A stretch of DNA of 64,000 bases from positions 2,418,001 through 2,482,000 of the forward strand of contig JBLDXI010000013.1 in assembly GCA_047495785.1 (NCBI GenBank). Reading direction: 5' to 3'. Below, one piece after another: positions 12,837 through 26,771 of the stretch. Numbering within the stretch: the first letter of the stretch is position 1; the number at the start of each line of letters is the position of its first letter. The notes beneath the pieces were generated by a model. That model was not told the origin of the DNA and searched no databases. It saw nothing but the letters and a program-made list of their open reading frames with translations. Made by a program: the position numbers and the translations under genes. Source of the stretch: Lepidodermella squamata (lineage: Eukaryota; Animalia; Gastrotricha).

Positions 12837-14277
12837 TTCAGAAATTGATAAAAAATATGACGCTATATAATGATAGACAACAATGAGCATTTGGTACTCC
12901 AACAGTGCAAGGAGTGCAAATTGACACACTGGGGAAAGAAGCCACAACGTGCGATAGAAAGCGTAGGAGCAACGAGGCGTGATATGCGGGGAGAGTATTA
13001 ATAGTTTGATAATTAATAATTTACGCCACCCACAAAATGATGGACATCTCAGGTATAGAGTCCGCCGAATCCGTTATCATCTGCAAGAAGGTAAAAATGA
13101 ACTTTTGTCTTTTGTCCTGGATTCTGACGGGTTCTAACGGGTATAAACTAAGATGGCACGAAGATATCAACTCCGTGTACGAGTTCAAGTTTTTCTTATT
13201 GACTCAGGCGAGAAACCTATACTCAATCGATAGAGAGTTGAGTGATCTAAATTTTGGTACAGCAACCGGCATCATCAGATAAACTTAGACTCTGATTGGA
13301 CGGTGCGCAGTGTTCAGCTGCGTTTAAATCATCCTCCTTTTACGCTCAGCTCCTAATTGCAAAAGGGGGCAAGGTCGAAGATCGCAGGGTCGCTGGGGCA
13401 CAGGGTCTCTCAGTGCCACGATCACAATCACGATCACGTCCGCGAATTCTCCTCTCCCGGATTTCAGCTGGCCAGCTGACTTCAAAAGGAGGACCTAGTG
13501 TGAGAAAGTTCGGCCAAAACATTGAACATGCCACACCAGAATTCTCATGCGGCAAAGAGATGTAGGCGAAGGAAGAATTTTTTAATAAAAATGACTGGAT
13601 GTAATTTTCTAAGCGTTTGGTTTGCAAAAATGCTAAATTAATTTGCAAATTATAGGCAATAATCGATTGAATTTTAAATCCCGCGTTTTTCCGCTCCTCT
13701 GGCAAATGATTGGGCGTTAAAGATGCTGCCTAGGTGAAGCAATGCTATTTCAATGCTTTCAGTACGCTAGTGTTTAGCTGGCTACACGTTTGAATTCAAT
13801 TTAAATATCTAGTCTGGATATTTGCTGGTTATTTTTCGTGATCCAAGTTGGTATTGATGGTAGATAATGTTACACTGTGCGAAAAAATCCCTACCTGGTA
13901 CCTGGTCCGCGATTTTCATGTCGTTTGTGAAAAATAAACACCGTGGAATGATGGCATATTCCTGAAATACACCAAATGTGAAAGCATCTATTGACAGACT
14001 TGAACCACAGATTCACCGTGAAAAATGATCATTTCGATGTACGGTGAAGCGCACTTATGACTTATGCGCAGTGACTGTTACTTCTGCGTCATCTCTTTCC
14101 CTTGTTATCTGCGCATTGGCGCGCCTAATTGATATTTTGCTCGGCGATAGGATTCTTTTTAGTTGCAGGCTTTTTTGTGAATGTTATTCACTACTCAAAT
14201 GTTACTATTATCTAATTTCTTTGTCATTTGTTTCATAGGTACCTTGCTGTCAGTTAAAGCTTCTTCTGTAATTCATA

Positions 14278-15879
14278 ATGATTTCTCTGCAACCACTCAA
14301 TATTCTGAGGCCTGGTGCCGAAGAAGAAAAGTCCGAGACCGCGCGCATGTCAGCCTTCATTGGCGCTCTTGCGGTTGGTGATCTCATTAAGACCACTTTG
14401 GGCCCCAAGGGTATGGATAAGATCCTGGTGTCTGCTGATCCTCATCAGCCGATTCATGTGACCAACGATGGCGCCACAATCATGCGTGCCATTGGCGTTG
14501 ATAACCCTGCCGCAAAAGTATTGGTCGATATTTCCAGGATCCAAGACGAAGAAGTTGGCGATGGAACAACTTCAGTTGTCGTTCTCACCTGCGAACTTCT
14601 TAAGGGAGCTGAAGCTCTAGTCAATATGAAGCTCCATCCCCAGACAATTATTGCTGGTTGGCGCAAAGCTGCCGATGTTGCTCGAGCGGCATTGATGAAT
14701 TCGGCTAAGATTGTAAAATCTGATGATCCTGCCTTCAAGAATATCTTGATGAAGGTCGCCAGGACAACCTTGAGCTCAAAGATTTTGAAGCAAGACATGG
14801 AGCACTTCACTGAGCTCGCAGTCGATGCCGTCCTACGTCTGCGCGGAAGCGGTAACCTGCAAGCTATTCAGATCTTGAAGAAACTCGGTGGCAATCTGGA
14901 AGACTCCTTCCTCGATGAAGGTTTCTTGTTGGACAAGAAGATTGGTATGAACCAACCGCATCGTCTGGAGAATGCCAAGATTCTTGTAGCCAACACTCCA
15001 ATGGATACTGACAAGGTTAAAGTTTTCGGATCTCGTGTTCGTGTCGACGCTGTGTCGAAGGTCGCCGAGTTGGAGCTGGCTGAAAAAGAGAAAATGAAGG
15101 AAAAGGTTGAGAGAATTTGCAAGCACGGCTGCAATGTCTTCATCAACCGTCAGCTTATCTACAATTACCCCGAGCAACTGTTTGCTGATGCTGGAGTTAT
15201 GGCGATCGAACACGCCGACTTCGAAGGCGTTGAACGTTTAGCTCTTGTCACTGGCGCTGAGATTGTCTCAACCTTTGACAACCCTGAGCGTGTCCGCCTT
15301 GGTCAGTGCAAGTTGATCGAGGAGGTCATGATCGGCGAAGACTCTGTGATCAAGTTCTCAGGCGTCAAGTTGGGCGAAGCTTGCACCATTGTCATCCGCG
15401 GTGCCACTCAACAGATTGTTGATGAGGCTGAGCGCTCACTTCACGACGCTCTGTGCGTCCTGGTCCGCACTGCCTCGGACCCTAAGATCATCTACGGCGG
15501 TGGTTGCACTGAGATGGAAATGGCCGTTGCTTGCCAGCAACTTGCTCTGAAAACTGCCGGCAAAGAGTCGGTTGCCATCGATGCTTTCGCCAAGGCCCTG
15601 ATGAACATGCCTGGTATTATTGCTGATAACGCTGGTTATGACTCGGCTGAGTTGGTCTCCCAACTGCGCGCGGCTCACGTTGAGGGAAAACGTAGCTTCG
15701 GTCTTGACATGAACAACGGCTGCATTGGTGATATGGAAGAGCTGGGCGTTGTCGAGTCTCTCGCTGTGAAACAGCAGGTTCTGATGGCCGCTACTGAAGC
15801 CGCCGAACAGCTCATGCGCGTTGACTACATTCTGAAGGCTCAACCCCGCCCCCGCCAACCGGATCATCACCCCTGCTAA
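14278..15879 (+). CDS. CCT2: T-complex protein 1 subunit beta; intronless CDS
   Basis: [45 protein letters not shown]; C-terminal PDHHPC is typical of CCT2. Confidence 0.97.
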   Translation: MISLQPLNILRPGAEEEKSETARMSAFIGALAVGDLIKTTLGPKGMDKILVSADPHQPIHVTNDGATIMRAIGVDNPAAKVLVDISRIQDEEVGDGTTSVVVLTCELLKGAEALVNMKLHPQTIIAGWRKAADVARAALMNSAKIVKSDDPAFKNILMKVARTTLSSKILKQDMEHFTELAVDAVLRLRGSGNLQAIQILKKLGGNLEDSFLDEGFLLDKKIGMNQPHRLENAKILVANTPMDTDKVKVFGSRVRVDAVSKVAELELAEKEKMKEKVERICKHGCNVFINRQLIYNYPEQLFADAGVMAIEHADFEGVERLALVTGAEIVSTFDNPERVRLGQCKLIEEVMIGEDSVIKFSGVKLGEACTIVIRGATQQIVDEAERSLHDALCVLVRTASDPKIIYGGGCTEMEMAVACQQLALKTAGKESVAIDAFAKALMNMPGIIADNAGYDSAELVSQLRAAHVEGKRSFGLDMNNGCIGDMEELGVVESLAVKQQVLMAATEAAEQLMRVDYILKAQPRPRQPDHHPC

Positions 15880-16198
15880 ACGAGCAAGCTTAGTGTGATG
15901 TTGAGGATGACAGCAACAAACGTAGGAAGAAGTTCAAGATATATATGAAAAACTCTGTGTTCCCTGCAATGTTTATTCCCTATACTTTTGCCGTGCACTA
16001 GATGTATGCCAGAGCATGACTGCAGTCGCATTTGTGATATAGAAAAGCGGTACAAAGAATATAAGTCACATAATTATGCAAGTTGAGTGATTGAAAAAAC
16101 CAATCTGTGTTCACAATGCCGAGTGCATTTTTACGTGCATCGAATAAAACGTTTGAGTTGCAATTTTTGTTGTTTCTTAGTTTAAATTTATTTAAAAA

Positions 16199-18595
16199 AT
16201 GACGGAAAAATTGGAGGACAAAAATCCGCTACTTCGTAAATTGACACGACTTCGTGAACTATCCATCGATGCGGATACTCAGCTACTTCAATTGCTGAAA
16301 TACGCGGCACCTCTGATACCGGAGAATAATCTTCGAGCTCGTCAAAAATTGAGGAATTCACTCGAGAGACAAAGTTTGGAGACTTCCCAAGAATTGCTCA
16401 AAGTAAGATCTGATACGACAAGAAATCATCAGTTGACTTTTTCAATTTAGATGCTTGGGAATGTACGAAACACTGCTGATTCTATGTGCAATCAAATTTC
16501 GGCTCTGAATGGGACTTGTCAAAGAATGTCGACCGATATCAGAGCGGCTAGAGTCCAGGCCGGAGACGTTCTTTTGAAAGCTGCCGCCTTGAAAGGCCAG
16601 CTTAAAACTCTGAACGATAAAGCAGAAATTCTCGACAATTTCTTAGCTACCTATCAATTGAAGCCAGAAGAACTTGCAATTCTACAATCTCGTAAATTTT
16701 TTGTTTAATATCCTGGTTTCGAATACAATTGTAAATTCTTTCAGCAATTTCTGCCGAGGCTGGTTCGACTATTTCGGCAGAGTTTTTCGCTGCTTTCACT
16801 CGGCTGCGAAATGTCCGTGCCTCCGGTCGTCAGTTACTTCGAGATAGCGTTCTAACGGCTGGGTCTTCCGAAGGCATGGCCCCTCAACGAACCGCCCTTG
16901 AACTGATGGAATTCGTTGCAACTCTCGAAGAATCCGCCTTCGATAAGTTGTATCGATGGGTTCAAGCTCAATGTCGCAGTTTGTCTGCCGACTGCCCCGA
17001 TCCGCCGAACAACAGCCTAGTCGACGGGTTTAGCTTGCTCTCAGAACGACCTATCCTCCTTCAATGTTGCCTTGATGAGTACATCACAGTACGCCGCATG
17101 ACCATAGTTCGAGTTTTCATCGACGCGTTGACTCGAGGTGACGTTGTAGCGGGTAGTAAACCAATAGAATTACAAGCCCATGACCGAGTTCGATACTGCT
17201 CGGACGTCTTAGCTTGGGTCCATCAAGCTCTGCTGCTTGAGCGCGATTGCCTAATGGGTCTTTTGGTGAAAGTTACCCCTGAAGCGAGGGCTATTAAGGT
17301 GGATGGTGGCCCAGATAAAGACATGGGCATCAACGCTTTGGCTAATATTGTTGACGGAGTTTGCCGACCGTTGTCGACACGTCTCGAGCAGGTTTTGTCG
17401 AACGAAAGCGACCCATTTGTCTTGTACTTGGTGCTCAATATTCTGAAATTTTACTCCACGACTTTCGGTTAGACTGGCCTGTATAATTCTTACTCGAACA
17501 TTAATTTTTTGCTATTTCAGAGGGAGTTGTGAAGGATTGTCAATTGTGCAAGTTGCTGAACGATATCCAAGATGCGGCTTTAGTTGTCTTCAACAGCTGT
17601 TTGACTATTCGAATCAATAATTTATTGGAAAATGTAAGATTTGCTTTTAATTTAATAGTTAATAGGTAATGTAATAGGTTAAATGCTCGAGATGTGGCGG
17701 AAATCATTCAATTTTAATACAGATCTCGTAGTCTAATAAGGTATTCAGTTGGATCCACAATCCAAACAGGTGTTCATCAATTTGCTCAAAGCCTAGGCTG
17801 TTCAATCGAATCATAAGTTGTTCATTTATTTTTCAGTTTGACATTTCAAGCGATTTACTCCCACCCAATGGACTGAGAAATGCTGCGAAATTGATGAAAG
17901 ACCTGGTTGTCGCCGTGAAAAAGAACCCCTTTGCAGCTGCTGCAGCCGAGGCTGATTCTAAAGCTCAAAGCAGCCCTGAAGAAATCATCATAGCAATCGC
18001 TCGACCGTTCATCGCCGCATCATGCGCCCTGGTTAAAAGCGACCGCGAAAAAATTGCCTCCGATCACCAAAAATCAGCATCAGACAGCTTGTTTGACAAC
18101 AATGATAACTTGGCAGTTTCGGTTTTTGTCACTAACTGCCTTCAAACTTTGAAAACTGCCGCTAATCAAGCAATCACTGGCCAACAGGAGGGGAATTCTC
18201 AATTCGGGGAAGATTTTTTCCGCGAGGAAATGGAACAGGTGATCGAGCGACTAGCCGATTGTATGACCGCTTCAGCTCTAAAACTTACCGGTCTTCAGCC
18301 CATTGTAGAAAAATACAAAAATGACGAAAATGTTGAGATCGACGATGCGACTTTCTCATTGGCTTTCACGACTTTCGATAATTTGATGCAATCAGGCGCG
18401 GATTTGCTCACTTCACTACCTGTTCGCCAACTCATGGTTCCGGCATCACTTAGTGATAAAATCCGGGCTATGGCAACCGAGCGATTTTTGGAGAAATATT
18501 CATCTATTTACAATAATTTGAAGAAAAATCCAAATTTTGCGAATGATGCGAAGCTGAAATCGCCGGATGAAATTCATAAAGTTATTGGTTCTTGA
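16199..18595 (+). CDS. COG6: Conserved oligomeric Golgi complex subunit 6 (about 5 exons)
   Basis: NNLRARQKLRNSLE, QRTALELME, LYRWVQ, FIDALTRG, KPIELQAHDRVRY..D.LAWVHQ. Introns at about 16403-16450, 16692-16744, 17469-17520 and 17634-17836. Confidence 0.9.
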
Positions 18596-21500
18596 ATGAT
18601 GAAAATTAAAAGGAACTTGATAAACAAGTATTTATTGTTTGGTTGTGTTCATTCCATGAGGGCTATCTGCTTTATTTAAAATAAAAATAACACGACTAAC
18701 ACGGTGATAACAAAACGTTGTTCGTGTCTCTAGCTTATTACAAGCCGCTTACTTATATATATTTTCTAGACTTTATTAAAACGCTTCGCAAATTACAATT
18801 ACACCGCTGCTTCTTCTTGATGTTTTAATTGCCGAGTTTGGGGACGAGTTGGCGACAAGGTACGTTCGTTTTGTAACACATTTTGTTTTCTTGCGCGTCG
18901 TTTTAAAACAAACGTGAAACGCGGCCTCGAAGAGTCACCGAACGGCTAAATATTATTTTTTCTGCGAGTTGTAAGGTGTTGCCCGGTGGCGTTTGACGCG
19001 TAAATAAAAGTTGCAAGTTTACATCATTGTTTTCTCGGTCGTTTTTATGCAATTTGTAATAAAATTGTGTATATTCTTGACTTGAAACCTCCCGTTTTAT
19101 TTTCTCAGTGGTTTCCGGTCATAATCAACTCATCATCGTCATCATCGTTTGTCACCACCATCACAGTTTATTACCGCCATAAAACGAACGTATATAATGT
19201 ACATAATATTGTTTGTTTGTTTACTTCGTGATGATTCAGCAGTCCCTTTGCTATATATCGGTCGGTAAAAATGCGTGTTCACTAACTCGCATTTTCCTGT
19301 ATATTATTCCGGATATATGAATATATATACGGGCGGGCATCGCACGCGCTTTTTATTGCACACGACGCACGGCAAATATCCTGCATACCGGCATAGTTTT
19401 GTCTCCTGATGGTGCTGGTCGGTGCAAAAAGGAAGTAAGACACAGGTAATACTTCGTAATTCCGTTTACTAACGATACAGCTATGGTCATCTCTCTTGCT
19501 CTCTGCAAACATCATCACCATTTGTAAGAGTGCGATTTCATCTGAAGACGAAGTGCTACATTACAAGACGTCTCAAAACGCATTGTCCGGATGTGCCGCC
19601 TTTTCATCTCCATACAGACGTTTACTTATACATTTCGGACCAGGGACACAAGACACACACATACACAAGGTGCGATTTTGGCTCCAGGCGCATGCCTTTG
19701 TAAAGCTTCATTACACTAAAAGCCACACGTATCTATAATATATCTTGGTTCTTCCTAAGATGCCGTAGAAACTATGCCCAGGTGATGGGACAAAAGAATT
19801 CTGGCCGAGCATGGTGGCCGCCCGCCTCTCATCGCCATCCATCCCTCGATTCGACCGGGCCGTATATAATAAATAATAACAATAAATAATGCACAGAGCT
19901 CTTCGACATGTTTTTCCTGGCTCGTGAATGCTTATTTAGGTATATCACCGCCTTTCCTCTTGAGTGAAATGCTATTATTGACATGAGCGCGGAGAAAAAC
20001 CAGTTTCCCATATCCGCCCGTCTCGCAATTATTATTCGCATGAAGGGGATTATTGTTGTTATTTTTTGGGCGCGCTGTTTTTTCGTTATCTGGCCCATGT
20101 TTAGACGTTATCATATCAGATTACCCGTCATCATAATTTTGCGCGCTACTGCTAGTTACTACTAATAAGCAGTTGTTGTCGTTTACGTTTGGAATTACGG
20201 CTACAGACTTCGCCCTTTCGACGACGAGCTGTGGCTCACTTGACAAGATTGATTTTGCGTCCGTTGTAAGTAGTAGTACGAAAATTCATATCCGCTCGAT
20301 TTCTTGTGTGTTTATTCATCGGCTTCACTTTTAATTACCTGCCTGTGATAGGCTCGATTGGATAACGCGCGCACATTTTATAGCCGGGCGCGCGCGCTCT
20401 TAACTAGCCGTCGTCGCGCGTCCTGCTGTTGAATTTGAAAATCACCTTAATAATGCATTATTCGTCTCGGAGACGGGAGGGCTAGACGACAACAGGGCGT
20501 AGTGTTACGTCTTCAAACGGTTGTAATAGAACATACATTTAATCATAAAACCTGTAATAATAGGAAATTTAGCAGGAAGAAAGGACCAGCTACACATATG
20601 TTAAAATCCAATCCTACTTGCCCTCTACCTTACACTTCACCACTACCTGCTTGTTGCACCTATTCGTACGTACGTGCGATCAACGCGCGAAAGGTGATAC
20701 GTGCCCACTTTATTGCCTGTCTTTGTTGTCATATGTTATTTATATTGTAATAAGTTGTTCGGCGACGACTCGCCAATTCGCCTTAATTCGCGCCGTCGAG
20801 GCAACCAAGTGGATACTTGGCGCGTCTGCGTCGGAGTCATCTGCGCGCGAGCTAAGTGGTCACTCAACGGCTGAGCCAGGTGCTAAAAACGCCAGAAGTC
20901 ACATCTGCTACCCAACAACGCACGCTTCGCATGTTTTACCGCTCATTACCCGCCGGGTAGATATCTAAAAAAAAATAGCGAGTCTATTTCATTTTTACGA
21001 CTTCCGCCGGTTTTCCTTACGTTGTTTTTTCCGCCATCTTTTACTCGTTTTTTTAGTGGGAAAACAAATAATAAATAGTGATAGACAAGAGGGGTAAATA
21101 GGCACATTAAGGATGCTGTTTTCCATTTACTTATAGACACACACACAACTCTTCAAGTGAATAGCTCTGCCGCAGTGTGTTTTTGATAAAAATTAATGCG
21201 CGCTACACTGGCAACTTTTTTGCGCGCTTTGAAGTTGCGCGAGCGCGCGCTTCATTCACCACACCGCTATACCTACTACTACTCACTCAAGGTAATGGGG
21301 CCGGTTGTAGCGGTGGAGCCAGCCAGCCGGGTTGTTTTTCTTGTGTCGGCTCGAAAACACGGTTGACATGTCCTAGGCGCGTATGTGTGTAGTTGTTTTC
21401 GCCGCACGTTATGGATATTATTTTTTGAATGATATATAGTTGTTGCCGCTTCGCCTCAACTTCTTCTTCTTCGAGGCAGCGGCCCGGGTCGTCACACCAA

Positions 21501-24005
21501 AAAAGAAAGCACTGCGCGCGAAAAACTGCGGCCGGCTATTGTGAGGCCATTTTTCAACAAACTTTTTTCTTCCTTTGTTTGACGACATGCAACAGCGGAC
21601 GGATATACTTACGCTAAGCGGCGAAATAAAACAGCCGCAGGGGCAATGCTAAGACGTTAACGCGCAGGCCTCAAATAATGATATATTTTTTCCTCTTGAC
21701 ACTTTTCGCTTCAGGTACACGCGGTGTTGTTGTGATTATTATTGTTATTATAATGTTGCATGTTCGCCAACATTTCTTGTAAAAAATCTTATTATTTGCT
21801 TTGCGACTCTTTACTCCCACATCGAGTCGGAAATCTAGAGGAAATGCGAAAATTTAATATAAATTTGGCCGTAGTTATAGTGCAAACGCGTGTGAAAAAC
21901 ATTATTCGAGTTGTTTCGGCGAGCAAATAGCAAAATAGTAGAATTAATGCTGTGTATATGTAATAATAATCCAGGCCGTGTTTTTGTTTTCCATCATCAT
22001 CCGAAGCCATAGATTTTCGCGCATTGTCTGTTGTGCGCCCCATTATCGGCGGCTGCCGATGGCCGGCACACCTGAAAAATATTACTATTACCCGGCACGC
22101 AAAGGCAATCGCGTGATCTTGCGCGCTTACATTCAATAATTTTACAACCTCATTCTCACACACACATACTAGAGCGAAATCGATTTTCTCCCGCGAAAAT
22201 TACTACTGTTATTATTAGTAGACTTGACCTGCCGCTCAAAGGTGACAAGAAGAACTCGCGTCTTTGGCGGCGCGATGCCCATTGCGCAACAGACGTGTGA
22301 AGCGCCTTCTTAAGGTGTTTATTTGTTTTGAACATAGTTACACGTTTATTTACTGTTTATTATTTATGCAAAACCGTGCGACACGATTTCCGCCCTCTGC
22401 GTCGCGGTTGGTTTTTGCGACCACCTTAAAACCGCTCGTACGCGCGACTAATTAGCCGCTCGCTATCTGTTTTACACTGCTTGACCCGAGTTGCCGTCGC
22501 CGGAGTGGATCCAATTATAGCGCGCGAGATAAAAGGTTGAGTAAGATAGGCCACGCGCGACACATGGCGAGACGCGGCGGCGACCTTTTCTTATCTCTTT
22601 TCGCCTCGTGAAATACCTTGATTTTCGCAGTAGATAGCCGACGTCTGTCTACTGCGGTCGTAAATTCCGCGACAACAGCGGCCGTGTCAATCTTTTTTTC
22701 CCCGCAACACCCATCGATTTTCACGTAGAATATTTAATTCCTTCCATACACACCAATACCCGAGTTTTGTTGTTGTTTTTCAAAACAAATAGCTAAGCGT
22801 CGATTTATACCAACCTACGTGCGTTGTTTGGCTGGTGTTGGTGTGTGCGAGGTCGCCTCGGTCTAACTATCTACGGTGATGATGATGATGTGTCTCCTCC
22901 GCTGCACGGCTGACTGCCAAATTAGCATTTTCATGTCGCCAAATTTTGTATTCAATTTACGCCTCTGCGAAATAATATACCTACACTGTATAGGTGTAGC
23001 TATGATGAATAAAATGGCGCTCGAGACTACGCTTAGGGCGCGCGTGCGTTGCCTCTCGTACACACGCCACTCGTTTCGCCTGGCTACAACAGATAAAACC
23101 GCAAGGTTTCACACTATGATATCTCCAAATTTTCGGCCAATTATAGAATACATTTATGTTCAATAAATTCTATTTAGGTATTTGCGAGATTTCTTCGATT
23201 TTATGGGCCAATTTTGCATTATCCTTAAATCGAATTTACACCTCAATTGGATTTTTCCAAATTTTATTTATATTGAATTATCATCTGTTACGTGCAGAAA
23301 ATCTCTTAGAATTTTGTCTAGAATATTTATATCGATTATTTTTTTTATAATGAAATAATTTATAATATCTAATAAAGCTGTCGATCACTTTGTACGCTAG
23401 TGACAAGTGCATATTCTTTGTCATTACTTTGTTTTTTGGCCGCCCTTTGTTCTCGTCGCTCATCATTATCTGTCACAGGCGTGCCACGTGGGATGGTCGA
23501 CGGCGTGTCCGTTTGCTTTTTTTCCGAGCCACTAGATTCAATTTGTATCGGGAAACGCGGAGCACGCAAAAATCGATTGATCGAAAACAACCAAATTTGA
23601 TACGCCAGTAGAATTCTTTTTCGCCATGCCTCTGCTTCTCTCACTCTCTCATTATGTAGATAGCCTCTGGGCCGATGTTAATTCGATTCTAGAGGCCCGA
23701 TTAGCCTCTATTATCACCGAAAATTTCATTTACATTCCGTTGACAGCACGGCGGTCTTCTCGGATTTCGGTAGCAGCGACTACAACAAGCGAGTTGAGTA
23801 CTACTCATGCGTTATTACTGTAGTTTTTCAGGCGATTTAGCCGTGATTCGATTACGTCGAAAGATGCGATGTTAATCGGTTCGTGAAATTAGATTGCTTG
23901 TTTACCGCGAGCAATGATAGTCGTTCAAGCGAGGCCGAGATAGCGAATTTTCGTCTTCACATCGCGTTGAATATATTTTTTTTTCGAAAATTACTCATAC
24001 TAAAT

Positions 24006-26771
24006 ATGCGTCGAAATCAGAGCGGTCCCGCGCCGGATGTCAGCAGCAAAAGTGGCTACCATCGTAGCAATTCCTCGTCGATTTCATCGCCTAGCTCGCG
24101 GTCCGGATCCGCTTCGCCGGCGTCGTCACAGTCGTCGCCTGACTCGCCGTTCGTTGATCGGCCATCCCCGTCGCAACATCAGTCAAGAGTTGCGGCGATT
24201 TATCGAGCCCAAAATCACCACCCTGTACCTGCTTTCTCCGGTCAGCATCACCCGTTATGCAGTGACAGGCGTCATCAATATTACAAATCTTCTTCTTCTT
24301 CTCGACCCGTAAGTAGCATGACCAAGTAGCTGGACTGGAAACTGAACCCTCGTGTCATCGATATTCATCAGATTGTCACCCTTTTGAAATACCGCATGTT
24401 GAAATATATTTTAGGTGGATTTTTTCATTTCTCCTCTCGTTGTGTTTCGTTGTTATTTCTTGCCTCTATTTTCGATTTATTTCTAATTTATTTTTGAATT
24501 TTATTGATATAGAGAGCTTTATCAGCTTCTTACACGTACTCGCGGCTTCCTTGGCCCGATCAGAGCCGAGCAACACCTGCTCGCCGTACGGTTGCCTGGC
24601 AAATGTCGCTGCCTGTTGAGACGGAATTTTACGCACCCGGGCCGCAGATTCCGATGTCGACGAATGACGTCGGTAACAATTACAACAACTACGGCCACCA
24701 GCCGCAAGACTCGGCCGCCGACTACCGGTTGGGCCGATATTTCGACTCGATGAACAACAATACGAATAGTAGCAGCGGCAATTCAGGCGTTGGCTATCGA
24801 ACGCTGCCCTACCATCCGCCTCCCTTGAGCAAGCCGTTGTCGAGAAATTCGACAAACGATTCTAATGTAATTTTGCGTTTTTTATCTATCCGTAAAGCTG
24901 GTCAAACAAAAATTATTCATATTTTTATATTGAGCATTAATTCGCGCATGTGAAGTATGCACTGCATTAGGTACATGTTTTTCAAGGTGGACAAATTTTA
25001 GATCGCATCAAAAGTGTTTATTTTTCGCAGTTTGCTGGGTTTTATATGATAAGCGTGATAAAATTTGAGTATTTTCCTAGTGTGCAAATTTTGTCTTCGC
25101 TGTAGTACAGCTGTTAAATTTCTCAAAAAACCTGATTTTACAATTAAGCCAGAAACAACATCATGAAACAGATTCTTTTAATTAACAACCTTTCAGCAAA
25201 ATTATCTTCGCATAATTTGAAAAAAATCGTGGAAATTCCAAATTTATTTATGACTTCAATTTCCCAGTTTTTAGAGGATTTTTTCTCACTTCGAGAGATG
25301 AATTGTTGATTTTTCTGTTTTTTCTTAGATGAACTCTGAAAATGACCGATTGAAAACTGGTCGCATGTCTGAGCCGGTTATCGACTGCGGCCTGCCCGTA
25401 ATTCGCCCGAAGCGTTCCGATTCGCTGCGAAGCACCGACTCGCGAACAACCACCGCCTCGTCGGCCTCGACCCTCGTACCCCCCGTCACAAGTACTGCTG
25501 TTTCCTCCTCGCAACAAATGACTGTGCCCTCGCAAACGAACTCGACATCGCTACGGCTGATGTCAACCTCGCTTCCCCAGGAACAAGTCGGTTTACTGGC
25601 CACCTTGCAAGAAGACTCAATGCGGTCTTCAATTCGCTCGACGTCGTCAACAAGCACGACCCAAAATTCCACCTTAAAGAAGTCGAATAACGGAAATGTA
25701 AGGCGAGTGAGATTTGCGGATGAGCCGGAGTTCAGCCTGGCGGAGAATTCGAACAACGACAGTTCAGACGGGTCGAGAGGCGCCACCCCGCCTGGTAACC
25801 CTATTGTCGTCGTTACCAAACGGTTAGGACCGGCGTTGACGTTGGGCACGACTCAAACCCAGGCTTCGACCTCAATTTCGACAGCGCCTCAGGCTAGCTC
25901 GATCATGTCGTTGTCCATAAACCGCGTCCCGCCGCCATACCCGGGTCTTAACCGGCCAAGCCAGGTTCAAACAAGTCCGGATTTGAGTGAGAACAGTACG
26001 AATACTTCGGCTTCATCGTGGCGGGGCACGCTAACCCGACCGGCGGTGTATGGCGGAGATTTACCCGATGACGGGTACGATTCTGTGAATCAAACGCCGA
26101 GTGAAGGTTCGGTCAATTCGACGACTTCAAGCTCAGGCCTACCACCCTCGGCTAGCCCGGATCACCAGCAGTTAGATTCAAGTGTCGACTCGTTACCGCC
26201 TAGTTCGATGTCCGGGGTGACGACAAGCCTTCAGCCGCCGAGATTTTCGTATTCGAACGCGAATTATTCGCAAAATTACGCTGTCAAACCGCCGCAACAA
26301 CGGCCGGTTTCGATGTCGAGCGCACGGCCTTACGACAACTACCAGCCTGTTTACCAATCGCAATCGATTTCGCTGAATTCAGCCTACCCACAGACTACTT
26401 CAAATTACATGTCGAACACGTTGACCCTGCCTAGAAATCACAATTCGCAGCAACAACAACAGCAAAATAATTCATCGCAGTATCGTTGGTTGCCTGGCCG
26501 ATCGCCGTCGAGTGCCATTGCGTCGTCCACGTTAAATTTGAACTCACCCGCTGGCCCAGCGTCGAATTACATATCGTCCACCTTGACGCGAACCGGCGGT
26601 AATTACTCGTCTAGCAATTACGCATCTGCTTCGTCTATCCCCCTGGTTCGGGCGCCGTCTTTTCGCCAATTATCCGGACCCGAGCCGGTTTGCATCGTGG
26701 CCGAGCACGATTTCACATCGCTGCTCGATTCGCTACCGCTAGGAGTCGTCGGCCGTCCGAATCATCTTTAA
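24006..26771 (+). CDS. Orphan S/T/P/N-rich disordered protein, about 699 aa (exons 24006-24308, 24513-24866, 25329-26771)
   Basis: Three phase-0 exons with GT-AG junctions join in frame. No globular domain recognised. Motifs RRTVAW, RRVRFAD and PPPY. Confidence 0.6.

Noticed and set aside
19282-23823. Many 60-120 aa ORFs
   Set aside because: No recognisable motifs, overlapping frames and low-complexity composition; treated as chance ORFs.
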